Shown here piece by piece: positions 10,411-19,219 of a DNA stretch of 64,000 nucleotides. The notes under the pieces are model-generated. The model was given only the letters and a program-made list of their open reading frames with translations, had not been told where the DNA came from and ran no database searches. Source of the DNA: Promethearchaeota archaeon. GTDB lineage: Archaea > Asgardarchaeota > Lokiarchaeia > Sigyniarchaeales > SOKP01. The stretch is taken from positions 864,001-928,000 of the forward strand of contig JAHPZA010000006.1 of NCBI GenBank assembly GCA_019058445.1, in the 5' to 3' direction. Each line of letters begins with the position of its first letter. The first letter of the stretch is position 1. Position numbers and translations under genes: made by a program.

Positions 10411-10782
10411 ATGGAAAGACAATTTACCCTCGTAACCTATACATTAGTACTTCTGCTCATGATAGGATTAGTAGTTAATTTAGCATTACTTATTGTAATA
10501 TTATTAGTCGATACCTTTTTAGTTTCTGATGCTATTACCGTGTCCGCTATAATCCTAATTACATTATCAATGGTTGGGATTTTCTCTAAGCAAAAATGGG
10601 GTGCCACACTTGCTATTTCTAAATCTATATTTGATATTATACTAAGACTGTGGTTTTTCTCCCTTGGCTATACCGACACATTAATTTTTATACTGCTTAC
10701 CCTCGTCCTTGCAATAAAAGAATATCAGCATATAGATACCTATTGGCAATCGGTTACATCTAAATCTATATCCTATCCCTAA
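10411..10782 (+). CDS. Small 4-TM membrane protein
   Basis: Four hydrophobic segments; AAGGT upstream of the ATG. Confidence 0.7.
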   Translation: MERQFTLVTYTLVLLLMIGLVVNLALLIVILLVDTFLVSDAITVSAIILITLSMVGIFSKQKWGATLAISKSIFDIILRLWFFSLGYTDTLIFILLTLVLAIKEYQHIDTYWQSVTSKSISYP

Positions 10783-10857
10783 GTCCCTTTTTTTTCATAC
10801 TAATCTGAAAATTCATTAATCTACACATATTTAAATTCGAATGTTTCATAATGTATC

Positions 10858-11012
10858 ATGGCAACAAAAGCATCATAACTCCGGTATCACCCTGGATTTT
10901 TGTCTTTTGGTTAGTGTATGGAAATACACTCTGATTTTGCCCTCCTCCCCCTTGTATTGTTTTGACCTCTGTGTGAGGTCCCGATACCAGGAGTTTTTTG
11001 TTGCCATTTTTT
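10858..11012 (+). ncRNA. Candidate structured non-coding RNA (~150 nt)
   Basis: Terminal stem ATGGCAACAAAA/TTTTGTTGCCAT continued by AACTCC-GGTATC/GATACC-A-GGAGTT; hairpins AGTGTAT-GGAA-ATACACT and GACCTC-TGTGT-GAGGTC; TATTTAAAT at 10828-10836; T-run at the 3' end. Confidence 0.55.
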
Positions 11013-11131
11013 CAGTATTTTTTTTACTACTACTATCTTTTCTGTTAAACTATGATAAAAATCCAAATAACTTTTTATAATAGGAATACTATGGAAAAGT
11101 TTAAGGAATACTAGATGAGGAAAATAGAGCA

Positions 11132-11623
11132 ATGTCCGACCAAAAATCACCTCTTAAATCTATCATTCGCAGCTACATACTTGAGATCGGTGGGCTTTTA
11201 AAAGAAGAATTAAAGGAACCTCGATTTGAATTTGGATTTCGGTTCTTATATCCCAATGAAAGAGGCAGACTTCTGCTTATTGCCCAACCAAAAAATAAAT
11301 CTGTGATTGAAATTTCACAAGGTACCCCCCTCTCTACAGAGCACCGACAAGGATTTATGGCTTTACCTGACAGAGATAAAAAAAATTTCGTGAAGAATTT
11401 ACAAAAAATCTTATTTCGTTTGGAAGTAGATTATTCCTATGAGTTTTCTAAGCATTATACCATCGTGCTTATAGATAAACTATTTTTAGAGAATGATGCC
11501 ATTTCTATTAATGAGTTATTCCGTTCCGTGCGTAAAATATAGTGTAGCACCATGAACATTATATTTTTCATCCAGGAGTTCTTTTCTGAAGAATTCGATC
11601 CTACCACTTTTACTGTAGGATGA
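11132..11623 (+). pseudogene. DUF2299-like protein with an in-frame TAG at 11540-11542 (nonsense mutation or readthrough)
   Basis: Frame continues 26 codons after the TAG (CSTMNIIFFIQEFFSEEFDPTTFTVG) to TGA 11621-11623; family assigned from resemblance (FEFGFRF.YP...LIDKLF). Confidence 0.5.
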
Positions 11624-11754
11624 AAAAAAGAATTAAGGAAAGAGAAAGAAATTCATAACCTAAGTTTTCATTATATTTCTATTTTATCATAAATCCAAAT
11701 TGCACACGAGACTCCATATTAATATGCTAAACATTAAAAGGAGATGATCCCCAT

Positions 11755-12021
11755 ATGAGCATAATCCTCAAGCTGAAAATTAAGAGAGCAAAACTCACCG
11801 AGAAATACTTTATATTCGGTTTTAACGATGGATCATTCATAGGATTTCATAATGAGAGTTTGAAGTTAATCGCATACAAACACAATGGAGAGAAATGGGA
11901 ACCAATCCGAAAGGCAGATACCACATTTGATGCTCATATTAACGCCATCATATCATTCCTCGTTGAGAGAGAAGCCCTCAAAAAATTAACCATATATCAA
12001 ACCCTCCTAAGCAGGTGTTAA
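11755..12021 (+). CDS. Small hypothetical protein
   Basis: 88-aa ORF preceded by AAAGGAGATGAT. Confidence 0.55.
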   Translation: MSIILKLKIKRAKLTEKYFIFGFNDGSFIGFHNESLKLIAYKHNGEKWEPIRKADTTFDAHINAIISFLVEREALKKLTIYQTLLSRC

Positions 12022-12025
12022 GACC

Positions 12026-12208
12026 ATGTGCGAACTCTTAGAAATGGCAATTCTAAAGGAAGTGGCATTAAACGTATTTGCTCCGTAACTTGAGGCACTC
12101 CAGCAAATGCCCGTGCTTGAAGTCAATGAAATCGAAGAGATTCTCAGGTACGCAGATTATACTGATTACAAGACATTTCAAGATCTCCGTACCTTATTTC
12201 ACTTCTAA
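12026..12208 (+). pseudogene. 60-codon ORF interrupted by an in-frame TAA (12086-12088)
   Basis: AGGTG then ATG; MCELLEMAILKEVALNVFAP*LEALQQMPVLEVNEIEEILRYADYTDYKTFQDLRTLFHF*. Confidence 0.4.
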
Positions 12209-12340
12209 ATTTTTATTTCTATTTTTTTTATTTTCTTTTATTCATTAATATCTTTAATTAAAAAAATAAAAATTAGAATATTAATTAAAAAAAAATGGAA
12301 ATTATATTGATATTTTACGTTATACTATGGAATACTGCTT

Positions 12341-14094
12341 TTATTTTCGTAAAAGTTTCTTGTCAACCTTTCCAACAGCAGTCAATGGGAGCTCTTCTAT
12401 GATTTTAATTTTCTTCGGGACTTCATATGGAGCACATTGCTCCTTTGCAAATACAATGATACTTTCTTTTAACGCCTCTTCATTTCCGTCATATTCATAG
12501 TTAGGGTCTAGCTGAATATAGGCATTTACAATTTCAGAGCCCGGGCGATCGGGATTCGGTTCACCTATTAGTGCCATACTTCCAATCGCAGGATGTTTGG
12601 TTAATGTGTCTTCTACCTTAGATGAGAAAACTTTGAAACCCCCTACAATTATCATATCCTTGGTACGGTCTACAATACGTATATATCCATCCTCATCCAT
12701 CATTCCCACATCACCGCTGTGCATATATCCATCCGCATCAATCGCTTTTTTGGTTTCTTCAGGTTTGTTGTAATAACCCTGCATGACTAATGGACCTTTT
12801 ACGCAAATCTCTCCAGCTTCTCCCAAGGGTACTGCTTTTCCAGTTTCTGGATCAACAATCTTTAAGTCAACATTCTGAATAGGCATTCCAACTGTACCTA
12901 ATTTTCTTTCTCCTTTCGAAGGATTCATTGTTGCAACGGGGGACAGTTCGGTCATTCCGTATAATTCCAATAATTTTCCCTTTCCTACTATACTTTCTAA
13001 TTGTATCTGAGATTCGATGGGGAAAGGAGATGCTGCAGAAATACAGACTTCTAAAGTTGAGTGATCCAACCTTTTGAATTTTTTGAAATTTATTAGAATC
13101 TGATATAGGGAAGGTACATTCACAAGTCCAGAAGGTTTGTACTGTTTAATTTGATTACATATGGACAAAGCGTTTCGTGGGTCCTGCATTAGACGAATCG
13201 TCTTAATTAATCAGGCACGAGACACTGGGTCCAACCCAGATAAATAAAACTCTCACAAACAGTTAAACCTGCAATATGGAAGAAAGGAAAACCTGATAAT
13301 GCTGTTCCCACTCCCCATTCCCAATTAAGCCATGACCGAATAGACATAATGTTAGAAATTGTATTTCTATGGCTTATCATTGCTCCTTTGGGAGGTCCTG
13401 TGGTGCCTCCAGTATATTGAATAAATGCAATATTGTCGGGAGAAATCTCTACATTCGGCGGATCAGTTGGATATTTTGCAAAAACGTCATCATGAATATC
13501 TAATACAGTTTTTCCCTCTAAAGGTGTGACTTCTCCCGAAGGAATTTCCTGAACAGCTTTAATTTTTTCCTGTTGTTCTTTTGGAAAGATCCCAATAACG
13601 CTGGTGGTTAAGACAAGTTTTAATTGAGGGCATTTCGAAGCGATTTTAACCAATCTTCCCGCAAAAATTGCATCTAAAGTTATCAATGCAACATTTTTTC
13701 CACCCTCTCCTAAGTCGTTTATTTGGTATTGCATTTGAATCTCCGACATGAGAGGAGAAACTCCTGAAAGGATACATCCTGCTCTCAATATACCTACGAG
13801 GGCAATAACATATTCTGGAATATTAGGTAAATTTACTGCTACAACATCCCCTTTTTTAAATCCATGGTCAATTAATGCATTTGCTAACGAATTTGCGTAT
13901 TTATCCAGCTGCCCATATGTAACTTCTAAACCTTGAAATGCTAAAGCAACTTTATCGGGAACTTCTTTAAATGTCCGTTCTATTCCTTTTACATATGTGG
14001 TGTCGAATTCCTTTGGATCGATATCGTGAACATCAGAATCCCAATTTTTTTTCCAAAAACGGCTAGCATAAATTTCTTCTGCCATATTTATCAC
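12341..14094 (-). CDS. Long-chain acyl-CoA synthetase (AMP-binding), two segments: 14094-13210 and 13180-12341
   Basis: YTGGTTGPPKG and PFFHIAG in the first segment; YGMTE, GEICVKGP, GYYN, SGD, DRTKD and GKVDKK in the second; removing 29 nt joins LVPD-PRN into about 574 aa. Confidence 0.9.
13181..13209 (-). other. Candidate 29-nt bulge-helix-bulge (archaeal-type) mRNA intron
   Basis: UCGUG-CCUG-AU^U...CAGG-AC^C-CACGA; canonical cut sites restore the frame. Confidence 0.75.
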
Positions 14095-14487
14095 TGATTT
14101 CTTTTTTTTTTGTAAATTTTATTATGTGTAACTATAATTGATCAATTCTTTTTATAAAAGTTTTATACATCCATTTTTTTCTATATTATTAATTATGCTT
14201 TATTTTAATATTGAAAATTAATAATAATTATTAAAAAAAATAAAAACAATTCTCAAAATAGAAAAAAAAGATTAATTAATTGTTGATTTAGGGCATTTTA
14301 GGTAACACAATTTCTCTTATTTATGCTATACACGATTAAATTTATCAAATCTTTTTAGATAAATTCTACCCAATTCTTTGGTAATTTTTTCAATAATAAT
14401 CCACTTCAAGTTTAAAAATTAACAGATATTACCACTACAAAAAGGAAAAAAAAATTTTTAATAAAAAAATAGAAATTTAGGTTTAGA

Positions 14488-14874
14488 TTAGAATAGAATA
14501 CTGGCAAGACCAAGTGTTACTCTAATTATGAAAAGTAGTACAATTACTATGATTATAGCGAATATGACTGCTACTATTGTAACTACTATGGCCCCTCCAT
14601 ACCCTGTCTTGTGGCGCGCATTCACGAGAAGCCAAAAGATTAGTAAAAAGATTAATAACGAAATTATTAACCATAAGATACCTGCCGGTGTGATTATTAA
14701 TATCACCCATAAGATAATTGCGCCGACTAATGCAGTAAGAAAGGCCGAACCAAATGAATCATTTTCAGATTCAACAAAACCTAATCCTAGTTTGAGAAAA
14801 ACTGTGATAAATAGCAACAAAAAGATTAAAAGCAACACATAAAGAATAAGACCAGCTACTCCTTGCATTAACAT
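14488..14874 (-). CDS. Small 4-TM membrane protein
   Basis: Highly hydrophobic; SFGSAFLTA and GYGGAIVV repeated halves. Confidence 0.75.
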   Translation of the reverse strand: MLMQGVAGLILYVLLLIFLLLFITVFLKLGLGFVESENDSFGSAFLTALVGAIILWVILIITPAGILWLIISLLIFLLIFWLLVNARHKTGYGGAIVVTIVAVIFAIIIVIVLLFIIRVTLGLASILF

Positions 14875-15225
14875 TTTAAAATCTCACTTTTTTTTAGTTT
14901 TGTTTTTAATTAAATTTTTTTTAATAGATTTATAGGATATCTAATGTTTTTTTTTCTTTATTTAGTTTACTCTTCTAATATATCAAACTTTTTTCTTTAA
15001 AAAGAAGTATTCTATTTTTGTCGGCATCAAATACACTAATTTATAAAGCTCTTTTTACTTTTACTTTTAATCTCCTCCCTCTGTCTCCATGTAATCATCT
15101 TACTTTCAAAAGTACTCTTAATTCTTTTAAATGGAACTCTCTTTTTAAATCATTTGCAGATTGAGCAAAGTTCAGAAAATTGTCGACGTATTTTGTTTTT
15201 ATTTTGACGGATCACTTTTTCGTTT

Positions 15226-15990
15226 GTGAAAAAATTAGCTCCATTTGATTCCGGTTTTCGAGTATATCAAAAGAACAACAGACTCCCGATCATTTCAAGC
15301 GGAGATTCTACGCTGGACGAATTATTTGGGGGAGGCTTTCATAAAGATTTAGTGTATCTCTTATATGGAGATAAAAAAAAAACGACCAGTATCTTGCTAA
15401 CTACCGCAGTTACAGCACAGAAGGCACTTGTGAATGGAGGAATGGGGGATGGGATAAAAGTTGCGTTTATTGATGGAAATAATCGGTTTAATCCCTACAA
15501 TGTAAGTAAATATGCAGTCACCCAAAAACTATCCCCTACCAAAGTCTTAGAAAACATCATTATCGCCCGAGCATTCACCTGGGATCAAATGATTGAACTG
15601 TTGGAGAATCGACTTGCCAAGCTTGAACATGTCAAGGTGGTCATGGTCTCAGGAATCACTACTCTTTTTCAAAGCTATGAGAAACAGACATTTGAGGACC
15701 TGTTGAGAGCAATAGACGGAATCAAGAAGATATTGGCAAGAACAAAACCATTAATTATATTAACTGCCCCCTTAAATGAACACTCCCTCTTTAGGCCAAA
15801 GGGTGGCAAGATTCTTTCTCATTTCGGAAATGTTCTGGTATTGATAAATGAAGACGAGCGTTATGTGGAATATAACCTTGTCCAACATCCTTTTTTGTCA
15901 GAAAATCGATTATTAAAGTGGAAGCCTCGGGAGCCGAAAAGAAAAGTGTCAAATCCTACGAAAAATACCACTATAGATTGCTGGTTCTAA
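15226..15990 (+). CDS. RadA/RecA-like protein with degenerate Walker A (PolB2-associated, ImuA-like)
   Basis: SSGDSTLDELFGGGF, LYGDKKKTT (no GKT), FIDGNNRFNP, LENIIIARAFT. Confidence 0.85.
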   Translation: MKKLAPFDSGFRVYQKNNRLPIISSGDSTLDELFGGGFHKDLVYLLYGDKKKTTSILLTTAVTAQKALVNGGMGDGIKVAFIDGNNRFNPYNVSKYAVTQKLSPTKVLENIIIARAFTWDQMIELLENRLAKLEHVKVVMVSGITTLFQSYEKQTFEDLLRAIDGIKKILARTKPLIILTAPLNEHSLFRPKGGKILSHFGNVLVLINEDERYVEYNLVQHPFLSENRLLKWKPREPKRKVSNPTKNTTIDCWF

Positions 15991-16082
15991 AAGAATTGCT
16001 TAGACTATAGTCATCAAAAGAGTGATAAAACCTTAATTTATTCAATATTTATATCAATCTATCAGCTTAGGATGGCTATTTT

Positions 16083-17189
16083 ATGAATAAAAAGATAAAA
16101 GTTTTTGGTGCTGCGTTAGATCCTATAGACGATCCGATGAAAGTTCTTGCCAAATGTTCTTATATCAATCGGATAGCACAAAATATTGTTGATCCTGAAA
16201 GAGCTTTTTTGGATCCTTATGAAGGCTTACTTAAGTTTTCAAAGGTTTTGAATAAGGAGGAATATATCAAAATAGGGAAATTTCCAATTGAGTCATGGTT
16301 AACTCCTAAACCTAAAATTGAAGATTATCCCCTATTAGATCCCTTTAAATATCAAGAATATGTTAATAGTGGGGCCGTGAGAGCGCTTTCTAAAAATTTA
16401 GAGAATTTTGTTTTGGAAAAAATACTACCAGATATACCGTTAATGATAGGTGTGGATCATTCTTTAACTGGGGGAGTTTTGAGTGCTCTTTCGAAGAAAT
16501 ATGGACCGGAAAATATATTAATAGTAATATTTGACGCTCACTTCGATGCCATTCCTGCTCAAATCTCGTTAGATTTAGTAAAATATATGCAAGAACATCA
16601 AAAGGAAATACATGTACTTTCTCCTGGATTACTCGACTCTATGGATGTTAATTCTATTATCTTAAAAGATAGTTATACATGTGCTTCTTTCTTGGATTAT
16701 TTAATTCAAGATGGTACTATATTACCAGAAAATTTGATTGTTTTTGGTTGTCAAGATTATCCTAGTGAGGAATATCGCTTTATAGACGATTCAAGGGTAA
16801 GGCAATTTGTAGAATATTATCAATCTTTTGAGGAAAAGAGTGCAAAAATTATTCCTGGAACAATAAATAAAAATAATATGGTAAAGAAATTAAAGGAATC
16901 TTTAGAAGAGTGCAAAGTGCCTTATGTTTACATCTCATTTGATGTAGATGTAGGGATTTTTAAAGAAATTCTAGCAGCTCGATTTATGAATGTTATAGGA
17001 ATTGAGAAAGAATTGATCTTGAATGCTGCAAGAGTTATTAAAGCATTCATGGAACTAAAAAAATGTGAATTAATTGGCCTAGATTTTTTAGAAATTGATA
17101 CGTATATCCTTGGTAGAGAACTTAAAAAATCGGGAAGAATCGATCGAACAGCTCAAGTAATTGATGAATTTTTAGAGATAATAATTTAA
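16083..17189 (+). CDS. Arginase/ureohydrolase-family protein
   Basis: GVDHS, DAHFD, YISFDVD and GLDFLE motifs. Confidence 0.85.
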   Translation: MNKKIKVFGAALDPIDDPMKVLAKCSYINRIAQNIVDPERAFLDPYEGLLKFSKVLNKEEYIKIGKFPIESWLTPKPKIEDYPLLDPFKYQEYVNSGAVRALSKNLENFVLEKILPDIPLMIGVDHSLTGGVLSALSKKYGPENILIVIFDAHFDAIPAQISLDLVKYMQEHQKEIHVLSPGLLDSMDVNSIILKDSYTCASFLDYLIQDGTILPENLIVFGCQDYPSEEYRFIDDSRVRQFVEYYQSFEEKSAKIIPGTINKNNMVKKLKESLEECKVPYVYISFDVDVGIFKEILAARFMNVIGIEKELILNAARVIKAFMELKKCELIGLDFLEIDTYILGRELKKSGRIDRTAQVIDEFLEIII

Positions 17190-17196
17190 TTTGCTT

Positions 17197-17613
17197 TTAT
17201 TTGTCGTTTTTCTTTTTGTACATCTTAGGATCTTTCTTCTCTAAAGTAAGAGGGTCTCCACCATATTGAACCTTTTTTCCTTGATAATAAAGTGTGGTTT
17301 TTTCTTCACATATTTTATCCCATTCTTCTAATCCAAGCTTTTGAATCATTATAGAATTATATACTTTTGAATTATGAGGGGCAAATATTTCAAAATTCAC
17401 GATTGGTTGGAGCATTTCACAGGGAAAATCTTCACATTCATAACAAAATTCATATCCTTTGCTTGTCACACATTCATATGTTTTGCATAAGGGAAGTTTA
17501 TAAATCTGCCCTTTTTGCTCCCGACATCCTTTGCAGTTATAAAATTTCACACCCGGACATCTCTTACAATAGATCCCGCAAGGTGCATGCCATTCTTTTA
17601 AATCTTCGCTCAT
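17197..17613 (-). CDS. DUF3795-like Cys-rich protein
   Basis: APCGIYCKRCP...CKGCR...C...C...FCYECEDFPC. Confidence 0.8.
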   Translation of the reverse strand: MSEDLKEWHAPCGIYCKRCPGVKFYNCKGCREQKGQIYKLPLCKTYECVTSKGYEFCYECEDFPCEMLQPIVNFEIFAPHNSKVYNSIMIQKLGLEEWDKICEEKTTLYYQGKKVQYGGDPLTLEKKDPKMYKKKNDK

Positions 17614-17727
17614 GAATAATGCACTTTTTATATTTTATTAATTATTAGCTTAGAGATTTTAAAACTATTTGTGTTTTGAAATTAAATGATTATATTCAAA
17701 TATGTTTTAATGGATTCTAAAAGCAAC

Positions 17728-18699
17728 TCATTCCATGCCAAGTAGTCTTGCTGCGTTATGATATAACCATTTTCTTTTTACATCTTCTTTTAACGGAAGA
17801 TTCATAACCCCGTCAGCCAATTGTTTAATTGACTGTCCCATAAATAGCCACGTTGATCCGAAAAGTATTTTATCTTGAAGAACTGAATTTCCGTAATGAA
17901 TTAATGGCTCCCATCCCGTTCCTTTCATTCCAATGTATTTAGGCTGATATGAAGCTATATCTATATAAATATTCGGATTACGCCAAGCAACAGCAACCAT
18001 TTCATTTATCCAAGGCCATCCACCATGTCCAGCAATCATTACTAGTTCAGGAAAGTCTTGAGCTACTAAATCTAAAAGGATTGGTCTCTCAACCTCCATT
18101 GAATATGTTGAATAATTAATAGATAAATGAAACCAAATTGGAATATCGAGTTCTACACAAGTAGAATAAATAGGATACATTTTAGCATGAGTTGGAGGTA
18201 TTTTAAACATAAATGGCCTAACAGCTATACCTCTTAGTCCTAAATCATAACTTCGTCTAATCTCTCTTATTGCATCCATTCCTTTTAAAGGATCTATACC
18301 TGCGAAACCAACAAACTTATTTGGAAATCGATTAACAATTTCAGCATAATAATCATTTGGAAGTCCTGCAATTCCGCTTGGTGTTTCTTCGTCAAGATTA
18401 AAAATTACCGCTTTTTCTACGCCCATCTTGTTAAGTTGTGAGATAAATTCTTCTACTGTCATGGTTAACTTTCTAATTTTCGGTAGAAATGGTTCAACAG
18501 CTTCTTTAAGTTCTTTTGGACTAAGAGATACTTTCATATTATAAAGCTCTTCAGCCGTGATACCTAATAATGGAGCGACTCTAGGACCAAATACGTCCTT
18601 TAAATATCTAGACATCTGAGGAGGCAATGATATCAGTAAATCAATAAACACCTCCTCAGTTGGCACATAGCAAAGACTATCGATTATTTTATAATTCAT
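17728..18699 (-). CDS. Amidohydrolase_2 family protein
   Basis: FAGIDP, IPIWFH, AGHGGWPW, NIYIDIA and KILFGS motifs. Confidence 0.9.
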   Translation of the reverse strand: MNYKIIDSLCYVPTEEVFIDLLISLPPQMSRYLKDVFGPRVAPLLGITAEELYNMKVSLSPKELKEAVEPFLPKIRKLTMTVEEFISQLNKMGVEKAVIFNLDEETPSGIAGLPNDYYAEIVNRFPNKFVGFAGIDPLKGMDAIREIRRSYDLGLRGIAVRPFMFKIPPTHAKMYPIYSTCVELDIPIWFHLSINYSTYSMEVERPILLDLVAQDFPELVMIAGHGGWPWINEMVAVAWRNPNIYIDIASYQPKYIGMKGTGWEPLIHYGNSVLQDKILFGSTWLFMGQSIKQLADGVMNLPLKEDVKRKWLYHNAARLLGME

Positions 18700-18941
18700 T
18701 TTTATCTATCCTGATTATTTTTAAATTTTTAGTGTTTTACAAAGATATGTTAGATTATAAAACAAACATTTTTAATTAAAATTTTGATCTAACATCTCGC
18801 TCTAAAATCGCCTTAAAAATGAGTTATGAATAATTAAAAATCAGAAAACTCTTAATGTATTCTCTTTTAAATCCAATACCAAACTATTTCTTTTGATTAT
18901 TTATTATCCTACTATACCAAAACCACAAATTAAGGTGAAGA

Positions 18942-19217
18942 ATGGTCGGCAGAACTGTGCCAAGCTTTAGGCCTGCTTTAGAACATGAAATAGAAAGCTG
19001 GAAAGATTTTAAAAGGGCACTTCGTCTTCAAGAGCAAGAAATTTTTAATAAGTTAATGAATTTTGCGCGAATTCATGCTGACGCGGGGAGTTTAAGTGCG
19101 AGACCCATGCTTTCTGAAATTCTTTTCATGTCTTTTGCAATTGAGCAGGAGAAGAAAATTGAAATATTAGAGAGTAAGGTTAAAGAACTAGAAGTAAAAA
19201 TAAAGGGAAAAGAATAG
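18942..19217 (+). CDS. PolB2-associated small helical protein (arCOG07300-like)
   Basis: GRTVPSFR...W..FKRALR...F..L...AR.HA signature; 2 nt upstream of PolB2; AAGGTGA upstream. Confidence 0.8.
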   Translation: MVGRTVPSFRPALEHEIESWKDFKRALRLQEQEIFNKLMNFARIHADAGSLSARPMLSEILFMSFAIEQEKKIEILESKVKELEVKIKGKE

Positions 19218-19219
19218 AA

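Noticed and set aside
10841-11150. Two overlapping 79-aa ORFs on opposite strands
   Set aside because: No protein-like features; they overlap the structured RNA candidate and the next gene
11523-11557. GUGC/GCAC helix around the amber codon as a BHB intron
   Set aside because: Outer helix is out of register and rule-based cuts remove 19 nt, creating an immediate UGA
12075-12110. GTATTTGCT/AGCAAATGC inverted repeat around the internal TAA as an intron
   Set aside because: No 4-bp central helix with 3-nt bulges can be formed
12341-14094. Calling the split acyl-CoA ligase a plain frameshift pseudogene or two genes
   Set aside because: The break is a discrete 29-nt insert whose ends coincide with canonical BHB cut sites and both halves are otherwise intact; kept only as the alternative hypothesis
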